A DNA stretch of 64,000 nucleotides, taken from assembly GCF_031769215.1 (NCBI RefSeq), contig NW_026782087.1:868001-932000 (forward strand), written 5' to 3'. Shown here one piece after another: positions 12,747-23,642 of the stretch. Source of the DNA: Ylistrum balloti (Eukaryota). The notes beneath the pieces were generated by a model, which did not search any database, was not told where the DNA came from, and worked only from the letters and a program-made list of their open reading frames with translations. The position numbers and the translations under genes are program-made. Position 1 is the stretch's first letter. Every line of letters starts with the position of its first letter.

Positions 12747-13874
12747 TCAACGTAAGTATTGCTCTGGATTATGTAGAAATGAACTGATCCTTGTCGCTAC
12801 CTGATGGAGTACATCTTTATCTTTACTTGCGAGCAAGTTGACTCCGGTATGGAAGTACAGTGGCAGGTTTCCTCTTTGGAGATAGCCGAGAAGACGATAC
12901 GTCATAGTGGTCACTCTTTCCGCCAGCAGTTCCTGCTGCCATTCAGTCTCAGAGGGACGATCCTCACATTCCCAGAACAATACGTTCTTAAGATGATATG
13001 ATGTTAACCCCTTTTTGACACCCGGTTTGCACCACATATTTTCTTTTAGTGTCTTGAGAATGCGAAGACACTTTCTCCTGCATGTTCCATTCTCGTCAAC
13101 GCCTTCCAAAAGTTCCTTCTCACAGGCGGCAAACGACAATGTCCAGTAAAATGGCGCCTTCGCTACTTCATGTATCCCGATATTCTTGATACAAGAAATC
13201 TTCTGGTTAGAAGGCCATTCGGAAGACACTCTTGGCCAGTTGAATTCACTTTTAAATTCTAATTTTGATTCAATCATAGGACATAAATCGATGCTGATTG
13301 GATACTTTCCATTCGGAAGCTCTACAGAGAAGGTGATTGCAGGGGATTCCGACAGACGGTCCATCTTGACACGACTTCTTATCTTCGGTTGGTTCACCGC
13401 CTCTGCAACAAGAGACTTAAATCTCCTTTTGACCTTAATTGGCACGATATCATTCTGAAAAGTAATGCTCGCTCCTCCGTCGTTAAGTCCTTCACGATCC
13501 CACTGATCCCTAAGACTGGGAATTACAGTAAAATACTGGCCAACGGGAGGACTTGGAAGAGCAGCACCCTTACTCTCAACTTTGTTATTGTTGCTGTCAA
13601 ACCCATAGTACCTTGGCTGGGTGTCTGACTTCCAGTGTAACTGACCGACATCAACAACGACACTGAAATCAAACTCGTCGGCCCGCTTAACTTTCAGGTG
13701 AGTATGATAACTCCCCACCTTAACCGTTTGAATCATAAATCGTTTGTCTCTCTGGTTAACGTACCTTAATATATCCTCCACCAGTGGTAACACCACTTTA
13801 GTGTTCCGCTCAGTTTCATCACGCCTCATCTTTACATTCTTTTCGTAATATTGATTCAAAATCTTGTTATCCAT
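12747..13874 (-). CDS. cGAS-like receptor (cGLR, Mab-21 nucleotidyltransferase) copy 1, intronless, 375 aa
   Basis: GSYHTHLKVKRADEFDF matches the hGS-x-DEhD nucleotidyltransferase motif, with the third acidic residue in SIDLCP. It also has WPR-x4-WP, LSF-x2-EK-L, SYHLKN-x-FW and LPLYF-x4-NLL, all typical of cGAS/Mab-21 proteins. Confidence 0.92.
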   Translation of the reverse strand: MDNKILNQYYEKNVKMRRDETERNTKVVLPLVEDILRYVNQRDKRFMIQTVKVGSYHTHLKVKRADEFDFSVVVDVGQLHWKSDTQPRYYGFDSNNNKVESKGAALPSPPVGQYFTVIPSLRDQWDREGLNDGGASITFQNDIVPIKVKRRFKSLVAEAVNQPKIRSRVKMDRLSESPAITFSVELPNGKYPISIDLCPMIESKLEFKSEFNWPRVSSEWPSNQKISCIKNIGIHEVAKAPFYWTLSFAACEKELLEGVDENGTCRRKCLRILKTLKENMWCKPGVKKGLTSYHLKNVLFWECEDRPSETEWQQELLAERVTTMTYRLLGYLQRGNLPLYFHTGVNLLASKDKDVLHQVATRISSFLHNPEQYLR

Positions 13875-14193
13875 GGTAGTAACTTGCTTGTGATGTTTTT
13901 CGCTTTATGTGAACGAACCTTAAACGTCAAACTATATACTCATTCCTGTTATATTTTAAGAGTTGACGACATATATCTATTTTTAGTTTCTTCCGATTTC
14001 CGAAAACATTGCGTATTTACCGCAATGCACTCTGGGAGATTGAACTTGCGCCAAACGTACATTGTATTTTGACCGAATTTTATCTCAAATGGAGACTGTA
14101 TCTTAGATTAAGTAATCATTAAGTACATTTACTCCCAATGAAGTTGTTGGATTGTGTATTGAATTGGAGTATTGATTTATCAGGAAATCCAGT

Positions 14194-14210
14194 AGTTTCA
14201 CTTTCGCTTT
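14194..14210. promoter_or_regulatory. ISRE/IRF-E consensus site about 320 bp upstream of cGLR copy 1
   Basis: AGTTTCACTTTCGCTTT matches AGTTTCNNTTTC with a third partial repeat. A kappaB-like GGAAATCC lies immediately 5' (near 14183-14190). Sequence match only. Confidence 0.5.
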
Positions 14211-15216
14211 ACCATGCTATTACTAACAAAACATAAATACTGCTCATTGCGTTAGGTCAACGAACAAAATTGGTCATATTTTTGTAACAAACTTTAAGTG
14301 TTGATATTGGCAGAAACCTGTCTATGGAAATAGCTACAAATATGAAAAAAACACAACCGGGCCATCAAAAAAACCACGCTTAGAATGTAGGTCAGAAAAC
14401 GCGATTAGTATTACAATAAATACATAAGATTTCTTGTTCTTGTCGATAATTCGATGTGCATACATCAGTGATGTTGTTTACAAGACACGTTTACATTTTC
14501 ACGACTTTTGAGACAGTTATAACGTTCTCCATTGAAACTGTGTCTAAATCAAATATATATTTAAGCCTTACTTAATGTTATTTTGTATGTTTTTCTTCAA
14601 GAAAACGCAAGCTGCGTTCGTGCAAAACAAAAAACAAAAAACACACACACACTAAAACAGAAACTCGCAGATAAACCTGACGTCAGAAATCGTAACACAC
14701 TAATAAATGTAAAGGTCTCATTTTCCAGTGTTATTACAAAAATAGCTTTTTGAGTTCCAAAAACTTCTAATGGTTCAATTTTTTATTTATGAAAAACTGG
14801 CACACAAACACACACAAAATACACTAATACATTGTTTATCAACTGAAATATGTGTGTTATTCATGGTCTAGAGTTAGTAGTGCTGACGAAGGAACTAATA
14901 TGCGATTAGATATACCGATAGATAAATAGACGAATTCATACATTTATACTTGTTTATCAATATTATTTATTCAATTTATTCAAACCAACCCTGTTCGATT
15001 AGAATTACAACCAATTGTACGCATAATGATGTCATTGAAATCGATGTATAGAAAATAGAAAACAATTTAATTCGATTAAATCTTATCTTAAATGTGTGTA
15101 TATATATATATATTGTAACGTTACTGTTCGTCTGTTTATATTTTCATCACAGTTATTGCCCGTATGTATATATAAGTATATAGATGTAACTTAAAGATGC
15201 TTTGTGTATCGATTAA

Positions 15217-15336
15217 ATAGTTGAACAAAATCAAATCAAATCAACACGACAAATGTGTTCCGTCTGAAGATGGCCGTTAGGCCTGAAAACGTTAGCGGAT
15301 TACATTTGTCGTGTCGATTTGATTTTTTTCAACTAT
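15217..15336 (+). ncRNA. Minimal type I hammerhead-ribozyme-like motif inside a 120-bp foldback (Penelope-like element derived)
   Basis: Stem I TCCGT (15259-63) / GCGGA (15295-99); core CTGAAGA (15264-70); stem II GGCC-GTTA-GGCC; GAAA (15285-88); palindromic stem III AACGTT; predicted site after A15294. Outer arms pair (ATAGTTGAA...ACACGACAAATGT with ACATTTGTCGTGT...TTCAACTAT). An extra U on each side of stem II deviates from consensus. Confidence 0.55.
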
Positions 15337-15524
15337 AAGTATATATATATACATACTATATACGTTAAAAGATTTATTGCAAAACTCTAATTACATGAGT
15401 ACATACATAAACAAACGAACATTACGGTGGAAAATAACAAGTACAACCCTACCCACAAAAGTAAATCCGAATGTCTTCTTATTGTCCTGTTAAAGATGGC
15501 TTTTGAGTTCGGAGACTATCTGGT

Positions 15525-15536
15525 AGTTTCGTTTTC
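15525..15536. promoter_or_regulatory. ISRE consensus site in the divergent cGLR1/cGLR2 intergenic region
   Basis: AGTTTCGTTTTC matches AGTTTCNNTTTC. Sequence match only. Confidence 0.35.
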
Positions 15537-17211
15537 TATCTATGCACAAATGGGTAAAACTGTCTAGCCGATATATTCAAGTATGTAGTTACTTGTTAAT
15601 AACTATGTACCCCTATCAAGATAAATACCAACCGTATGGATTGTAATGTCATTGTAACATGTAAAACAGGGGGAAATCAAGGTAATCAGATTAATCAAAA
15701 CTGTATACATACATTATGAAAGTTGTTGTTCTTGTCGATAAGTCGACATACATGTACCGGTAAATATTTTCAGCAAGAAGTACTCAACTATGTTTTCCTG
15801 AATCACTCGAGACATTGACCGATAACAATATTTGTCGTAATCCTATGTTTTCACGACGCTAAAATCGTAATAAACACGTAAAGGTGAAAGTTTCATTTAG
15901 AAAAAAAAATATTTTCCTTGTTATGCTGAAGATGGCTTTTAATTTCCGAGAATATCTGATATTTCATTTTCTGTTTATGAACAAACTCGCACATCAACAC
16001 ACGCGTGCACTACAAACGTTGTTCATCGATTTAAACACGTTTGTTAGCCTCGTCGTTGTCTACAATTATTAGTAATGTCGATGAAGGAAGTGATATGCAA
16101 ATAATATTCATAATTATAGCCATAGATAAATGGATCTTGTAAAACTGACCAAATAATGTAAGAAAATATGTAAATTGTGATCAATACCTTACATATATTC
16201 TATTCCTGCTTCGTGAAATTATGTTAAATAAAAGAAATCAATTATGTTCAATTAAACGATCACCATATTTGTGAACAAATAATGCAATTGAAAGATGTCG
16301 AATAGAAAAAGGAATTCAAGACAACTAAACAGTTACATGGACATTTTATACCGTAACAGACGAAAAAAAAAATAAATACTTGAATCCATGGATTTTATAA
16401 AAATGTATACCATTAATTAAATTGCTACGACCACGAAGAGTACACATGACTCAAGAAGACGAATAACTCGTTGAGTGCAATTTTTCATTATTGTAGGCAA
16501 CTCCAAAAATCGTTTAATAAATACAGTCTATAGAAATGATTTTAATGAGCGATTGTTTTTTCTGTTTATAAAGCATAGTTACGATAAAAGACTACATGTA
16601 GCATACAAAGATACATTGTCGTATACATGTACATCAAAATATACAGACTTGTCCATATGGTGTTGTGAATTTGCTGTTTTGGAAAATGATTATTGTGTTA
16701 AGTGCTCGTAAATATTCCTCAATGAGTTTTGATGGATAGTGTGTTTTAAGGTTAGTACAATTATTGTCTATACCTGTTTATGTCAGTGAGGTAGTGGTAA
16801 AAGACATACATTCTTCACAGTGGAGCAAGCATATAGAATTATTCAGATTCTTGATAACGAAACTTAAAGTAATTGTAAATACACGGAACTGAAACAAACA
16901 TCACGTGGCTTTAGAGGTCAAGGTCTTAAGTAACATCAAATATAGCATGGTATAGAATGTTCAAGAAAGATTAGGTATGACAGCAAAAATAGAATGTAAA
17001 TTTTCAGTCATATGTTATCTGCACACAAACGTTAAACTCTGCACGATAATACCAAACATTATCTTTTCATTGTGCAATCCAAATCACGTGATATGACTGA
17101 AGTAGAACTGAATACCAACTCATTCTGGTATATAAGCGTTATGAAAGAAGAAGTTGCGCATTATTCAACATATATTCGTATGTGCTGCTAACAGTACTGT
17201 ACTATAGAAAA

Positions 17212-18342
17212 ATGGATAATTATTCTCTCAACTGCTACTGTGACGAAAAGGTACTGCTGAAAAGACAGGAAACTAAAAGGAACGTGGAAAAAGTGCTGCC
17301 TCTCGTTGATGAGATATTGAGATACGTTCACTCCCGGGATAAACGCTTTCTGATACAGCCACTGAGAGTAGGCAGTTATGACACGCGCTTGAAAGTCGAG
17401 AAAGCGGACGAATTTGACTACAATGTTATCGTTGATATCGGCAAATTGGTGTGGGCTTCAGGGGGAAAACGATACTATGGGTTTGGCAACACCAGGGACA
17501 AAGTAGTGGAGAAAAAGGGATACGCGTTTCCGGATCCTCCTGTTGGGCAGCACTTAACCGAAATCGCTTCAAGTAGGAAGAAATGGGATGCCGACAGATT
17601 AAACGATGGAGTGTCGAGCATGACATTTGATGACGATATAGTCCCAATTAAAGTCAAAAGAATATTCAAGTCACTTGTTGGCGAAGCAGTCAACCAACCA
17701 AAGTTCAGAAACCTGATATCAACAGACAAAATATCGAGTTCTCCTGCCACCACACTATCTGTGAAGTTTAGTGACACTGGTTACCCAATCAGCATTGATC
17801 TGTGTCCGATGATTGAATCTCAGCTGGAATTTAAACCCGAATTTCACTGGCCTCGGCCAAACAGCCAATGGCCTTCGCAACAAAAGAGGATGATCATAAA
17901 GAAAATAGGCGCGAATGAAATAGCCAAAGAGCCATTCTATTGGACACTGTCTTTCGCCGCTTGCGAAAAGGAACTTCTGGAAGGAATCGACATACATGGG
18001 ACATGTCGAAAGAAAAGTCAACGAATCATGAAGAGACTGAAAGAGGACGTGTGGTGCCCACCTGACATGAAAAACGAACTGACATCATACCACCTGAAGA
18101 ATGTGCTGTTCTGGGAATGTGAGGATCGTCCCTCTGAGACTGAATGGCAGCAGGAACTGCTGGCGGAAAGAGTGACCACTATGACGTATCGTCTTCTCGG
18201 CTATCTCCAGAGAGGAAACCTGCCACTGTACTTCCATACCGGAGTCAACCTGCTTTCCAGCAAAGATAAGGATGTACTCCATCAGGTGGCAACAAATATC
18301 AAGTCATTTCTCGATCATCCACAGCAGTATTTGTCGGTATAA
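17212..18342 (+). CDS. cGAS-like receptor (cGLR) copy 2, intronless, 376 aa
   Basis: GSYDTRLKVEKADEFDY, SIDLCP, SYHLKN and LPLYF-x4-NLL are present. The ATG at 17212 (MDNYSLN) aligns with the copy 1 start MDNKILN; the ORF-track start at 17182 is a GTG. TATA-like TATATAA near 17129. Confidence 0.92.
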   Translation: MDNYSLNCYCDEKVLLKRQETKRNVEKVLPLVDEILRYVHSRDKRFLIQPLRVGSYDTRLKVEKADEFDYNVIVDIGKLVWASGGKRYYGFGNTRDKVVEKKGYAFPDPPVGQHLTEIASSRKKWDADRLNDGVSSMTFDDDIVPIKVKRIFKSLVGEAVNQPKFRNLISTDKISSSPATTLSVKFSDTGYPISIDLCPMIESQLEFKPEFHWPRPNSQWPSQQKRMIIKKIGANEIAKEPFYWTLSFAACEKELLEGIDIHGTCRKKSQRIMKRLKEDVWCPPDMKNELTSYHLKNVLFWECEDRPSETEWQQELLAERVTTMTYRLLGYLQRGNLPLYFHTGVNLLSSKDKDVLHQVATNIKSFLDHPQQYLSV

Positions 18343-19081
18343 AGCTCACACCTTTTGTTTGTAGACCAAAGAACCAAATCTGAGAAGTAAGATGTCGCTT
18401 GTTTAAAAACGACTACTGCAGATCAATTTATTTTCTCATTTCTATGACGCTTTTCACAAATGATTCCCAGCCCTTTAAAACGTTCTCTATATCGGCGAAA
18501 ACAAAACCTATTGTCGTAGTTAGAAAAAACTCGAAATAAAATGATTTGCAGTATTCTAACGAAACATTAACACCTACTATAATCAGGTGTGTACCAATTA
18601 TCATTATGGTATTTAGTATTGAAATGTATTCTACTTTAATAATCTGAGTCACACTACGTATTTTGTTTGCTGAATGATATAATTTTTACAGTTTTTACGA
18701 GGTGACAAATATCAAAATGAATGTTGAGTCTACAAATCGGATATCTTTTAGATGTAATTTTAGATGTAACATTGAATTGCAGCTACAGAATCCCAGTTTT
18801 CAGTTACTGCTTCGGTTATATAGAATACCTCAGCATAACGCATGTTAATACTTAATGTTACTCACATCTAACAGACATGTGAACACTTGCTTAGTTTACA
18901 TCCCATTGTAACCACTATTATATCTTTGGTGAAATGATCTAAAATGACACCCCATCCACCATTTCTATAGCACTTTAAACACCACTGCGTTCCTTGATAA
19001 ACGTAGGTTATGTCACTTTGGCTAAATGTTATTGTTTCATTACCTGTACTGTGTCAAATGTACAATTTTTCGTCCATATAA

Positions 19082-19593
19082 GTTCATTATAAGATCTGTT
19101 TTAACAAAAATACCAAACTTCAATGGCTCCAGTATAGGATCTCTCATCACATTCTGACAACTAATAGTAGTCTTTTTAAGGCAAAACTTGTATCCAGTCC
19201 ACTTTGTAATCTATGCAACTCAGAAAGAGAATCAATCACTCATCTCCTTTGGGAATGTCAGGAAGTGCAAAATTTTTACAATCATTTGAAACACTAACAG
19301 ATTCTTTATTAATACCATTCTCAGTCAACAAACGGTCTTTTATACTTGGAATTAAAAGGAACAATAGCCCTAGCTTTAGAGTTGACAATGAAGTAATTCT
19401 TATGATTAAACATTATATATATAAAACAAGATGCCTCCATGCTACTCTCGATATCAACGCCATTGTAAAGATTATACAAAATCACTATTCTGTTCAAAAA
19501 TATATTTCAAATAGCAAAAACACGTCTTACAAACAAAATTTCACAAATGATTGGAAAAAATGGGAAAATCTTATCCAATTGAATATTAAATAA
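19082..19593 (+). mobile_element. 5'-truncated L1/Tx1-like retrotransposon ORF2 C-terminus (zf-RVT region), frameshifted
   Basis: Translates as KNTKLQWLQYRISHHILTTNSSLFK...SPLCNLCNSERESITHLLWEC, then after a 1-bp frameshift ...ILMIKHYIYKTRC...FTNDWKKW. This matches the Cys/His finger region at the end of L1/Tx1 ORF2. Confidence 0.75.
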
Positions 19594-20184
19594 TTATAAT
19601 ACTTTTTATCCTTGACAGTGCTGTCATATCTTTGTTTCACTGTCTTTAGCAAAAAATTTGTTTCAACATCCCATGGACTTCTTATGTCATTCCCCCCTCC
19701 CCATCCCTTATCTTCCTATTTCTGTTTTAATCGCTTTGTCTGTTTCTGTAATTGTAGAGAATGATTCAGTGAGAGAGAGCAATCTATGTATAATGTTAAT
19801 TATTGATATTTCCTCTATGCTATCATTTAGTCTGGCTGTACTATGCTCTGTGTAATTTTTGACAACAAGGGCAGATAACAAAGAATCATCACCAGCTATT
19901 CACACCTCAATTATTTACAAAGGTTTTTTTTTTCCTTTTTTTATGTTTTTTTTTTTTAATGTGAATTACACTTTGTTTCAAACAAGCAGAAGTTGCAACA
20001 TGGAAAGGCTGTTATGTGGGGCGTATCTCGCTACTCCCAATCCATGCTTGCACTTCTGGTTTGGGATTACACTATTGAAAACATATAATTTTGAATAATG
20101 TTTGGGGATTAGGAGTGAATAGATGATGATGAGGCAAAACACTAATAATAATAAACAGCTCTGTTGTTGATCAGTGTATAATGT

Positions 20185-20368
20185 GATAATGAGGATGAAA
20201 GGTTGATGATGAAGTGGTGATAATGATATGATGATTACGATGCTGAATATGTGTTACTGCTGCTGCTGCTGCTGATGATGATGATGATGACGATATGGTG
20301 ATGATCATGATAATGAAGTGGTGATGATACGATGATCATGATGATAACTATGTGATGATGACGATGAC

Positions 20369-20403
<35 letters not shown>
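20185..20403. repeat. Compound (GAT)n/(GCT)n microsatellite
   Basis: Interrupted GAT runs with a short CTG run. Confidence 0.9.
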
Positions 20404-20733
20404 CAGCAGTCATTGAGTTTGTATTATTATTGGGGCTTGTGAATGAAACACAGTAGTACATTGTATGTCATGTCAGCAAAGAGGAATGAGTGCATGTTTT
20501 GAGTGAGTGTACATGGGTGTAGTGTGATGTGTGCCAGGGTGTGTATGTGTATGTGAGTCTAGTATATATCGTGTGTTGCATACCTTTGTAAAATCTTGAA
20601 AAACAAAATAATAAAAAAAAAAGATCTGTTTTAACTCCATAGAATGTTTCTCCTTATGTTGTATCATTAACTATATTATGATTTAAGTTACCACGACAAC
20701 GGCTGATTCATCTACCTGCAGAGTTATGTCGTG

Positions 20734-20862
20734 TTTTGTAGATATCGTATCATTTTGTAGATATCGTATCAGTTTGTAGATATCGTATCATTTTGCAGAT
20801 ATCGTATCAGTTTGTAGATATCGTATCAGTTTGTAGATATCGTATCATTTTGCAGATATCGT
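20734..20862. repeat. 19-bp minisatellite (T/G)TTTG(T/C)AGATATCGTATCA, about 6.8 units
   Basis: Direct tandem units counted by hand. Confidence 0.9.
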
Positions 20863-22378
20863 TATTTTGATGATAATATATCTACATTAGAAATATGCAA
20901 TCCACAATGGTGTATATGAAGTTTTCTTAGGTCTTGTTTGATGATCTTAAACATTTCATATTTGTTTGCGTTGCATCATAATCAATTTCTTCATGCTTGA
21001 ATAAACATTTACAATATTACAATTGTGTGTTTGTTTATTGCAGTGCAGACTCAGTTTCCTTTTCTTTGGTAATAAATCTCATAAACGACATGACTCGTGT
21101 TTATATATTACTGTAAAAGACAAGACTGATATTGGCTAAGACGGCCCAGTTTTATTGCATATTAAAAAAATGACCAAGCACATTAGATCCCCGAGGGGAT
21201 TTCAACGTAAACATGAAATTTTACCTCACCTTTGCAACCCGAGTGAAGAACCATTTTTTTCACCGGTCAGTCGTGGTCAACCCCTCAGTCAGTCATTCAG
21301 TTACCCATCCGCTCGATATATATTATCGATATATTTTAAAACGTATTGCATATTTCTTTTTATAGCATTTTCAACATTTTTGTTCTTGGTCCCTTTTAAA
21401 GTATGAATTTTGAAATTGAAGTTGAAACTTGTTACTGGAATTTCTATGGGATCAGTGTTAAAGCATTTGGTTCCCATTTGAACCTACAAACTTCACTCGG
21501 TAGGGTTTTTGCTCGTTGGTTTTGTTGACTGGTAAACATGAAAAGTCATTTCATCAGTATAAATTACTTTACCATCCTATTATGACCGTTACAGGATGCT
21601 GTGTTGTCGATTCTTAGTGGTATTTATATTGCAAATGCTGATAAGAAAATACAGACATGTTTGTAAACTCAAAACCGAATTCCGGAAGGGTTATCGTTAT
21701 CTGCCTCATGGAGAAAAAAACTCTGCTAATTTCGGTCAATCCAAACAAGTGATGTCCCGTTCTAATATGAGCAAACGGAAATACAATATTTCACAATGAG
21801 ATCAATATGGCGACCCTACAACTTCCCCATAGTCTTAATCAAACCACACCTCATAAAGTCATGTTTTGAGACTATCTACCAGCTGTCGATATCTTGAATG
21901 CAAATCGTGATTATGGCAATAAGCTCTTGATTGAATCATTTCTGACAATTAAACACCATGTGTATAGAAGCAGGTATATTACTAACAAGAAATTAAATAT
22001 TCAAATCATACGTTTTTACACCAAGTATTCAACTACATTTGTATGTCAACTTACCATACATTTGGACGAAGTATACATTTGACTTTTCTTGGAGTTGACT
22101 CGAACACACAACCAAATTAACTAATAATACATGTTGACATGCAGGAGTACACAGCCAACGTCTCGAAGATTTTAACGAAGTATACAACTTTTTCTTACAA
22201 ACCTTTGAAGTAAGTTTCGATTGAAAGTGGTGTACATGTAAATGGAACCAACCCAATGGGCCTGCGTTAACCAATAGTGACAACCTTTAACTACTACGTG
22301 TAACGGACAGTCGGTGTCTAGACAGAATATTTTCCTTGTTATGCGAAAGATGGCTTTTAATTTCCGAGAATATCTGAT

Positions 22379-22395
22379 AGTTTCATTTTCAGTTT
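22379..22395. promoter_or_regulatory. ISRE consensus site about 1.26 kb upstream of cGLR copy 3
   Basis: AGTTTCATTTTCAGTTT. The paralogous position in duplication copy 1 (near 15960) lacks the G (ATTTCATTTTCTGTTT). Confidence 0.35.
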
Positions 22396-23642
22396 ATGAA
22401 CAAACTCGCACCTCAACACACGCGTGCACTACAAACGTTGTTCATCGATTTAAACACGTTTGTTAGCCTCGTCGTTGTCTACAATTATTAGTAATGTCGA
22501 TGAAGGAAGTGATATGCAAATAATATTCACAATTATAGCCATAGATAAATGGATCTTGTAAAACTGACCAAACAATGTAAGAAAATATGTAAATTGTGAT
22601 CAATACCTTACATATATTCTATTCCTGCGTCGTGAAATTATGTTAAATAAAAGAAATCAATTATGTTCAATTAAACGATCACCATATTTGTAAACAAATA
22701 ATGCAATTGAAAGATGTCGAATAGAAAAAGGAATTCAAGACAACTAAACAGTTACATGGACATTTTATACCGTAACAGACGAAAAAAAATAAATGAATAC
22801 TTGAATCCATGGATTTTATAAAAATGTATACCATTAATTAAATTGCTACGACCACGAAGAGTACACATGACTCAAGAAGACGAATAACTCGTTGAGTGCA
22901 ATTTTTCATTATTGTAGGCAACTCCAAAAATCGTTTAATAAATACAGTCTATAGAAATGATTTTAATGAGCGATTGTTTTTCTGTTTATAAAGCATAGTT
23001 ACGATAAAAGACTACATGTAGCATACAAAGATACATTGTCGTATACATGTACATCAAAATATACAGACTTGTCCATATGGTGTTGTGAATTTGCTGTTTT
23101 GGAAAATGATTATTGTGTTAAGTGCTCGTAAATATTCCTCAATGAGTTTTGATGGATAGTGTGTTTCAAGATAGGTTAGTACAATTATTGTCTATACCTG
23201 TTTATGTCAGTGAGGTAGTGGTAAAAGACATACATTCTTCACAGTGGAGCAAGCATATAGAATTATTCAGATTCTTGATAATGAAACTTAAAGTAAATTG
23301 TTGTGAGAAATACACGGAACTGAAACAAACATCACGTGGCTTTAGAGGTCAAGGTCTTAAGTAACATCAAATATAGCATGGTATAGAATGTTCAAGAAAG
23401 ATTAGGTATGACAGCAAAAATAGAATGTAAATTTTCAGTCATATGTTATCTGCACACAAACGTTAAACTCTGCACGATAATACCAAACATTATCTTTTCA
23501 TTGTGCAATCCAAATCACGTGATATGACTGAAGTAGAACTGAATATCAACTCATTCTGGTATATAAGCGTTATGAAAGAAGAAGTTGCGCATTATTCAAC
23601 ATATATTCTTACGTGCTGCTAACAGTAATATACTATAGAAAA

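Larger units (their letters stand above)
15908..22325 (+). repeat. 6.4-kb tandem segmental duplication, copy 1 (contains cGLR copy 2)
   Basis: Colinear and nearly identical to 22326-28787 from AATATTTTCCTTGTTATGC to CGGTGTCTAGACAG. The junction has a 3-bp AAT microhomology. Confidence 0.95.

Noticed and set aside
17182-17211. 10-aa N-terminal extension of cGLR copies 2 and 3 from the ORF track
   Set aside because: It starts at GTG. The downstream ATG (MDN) aligns with the copy 1 start.
21155-22283. Short ORFs in the distal part of the duplicated unit (also 27614-28742)
   Set aside because: They recur only because of the duplication, show no recognisable motifs, and have lengths consistent with chance.
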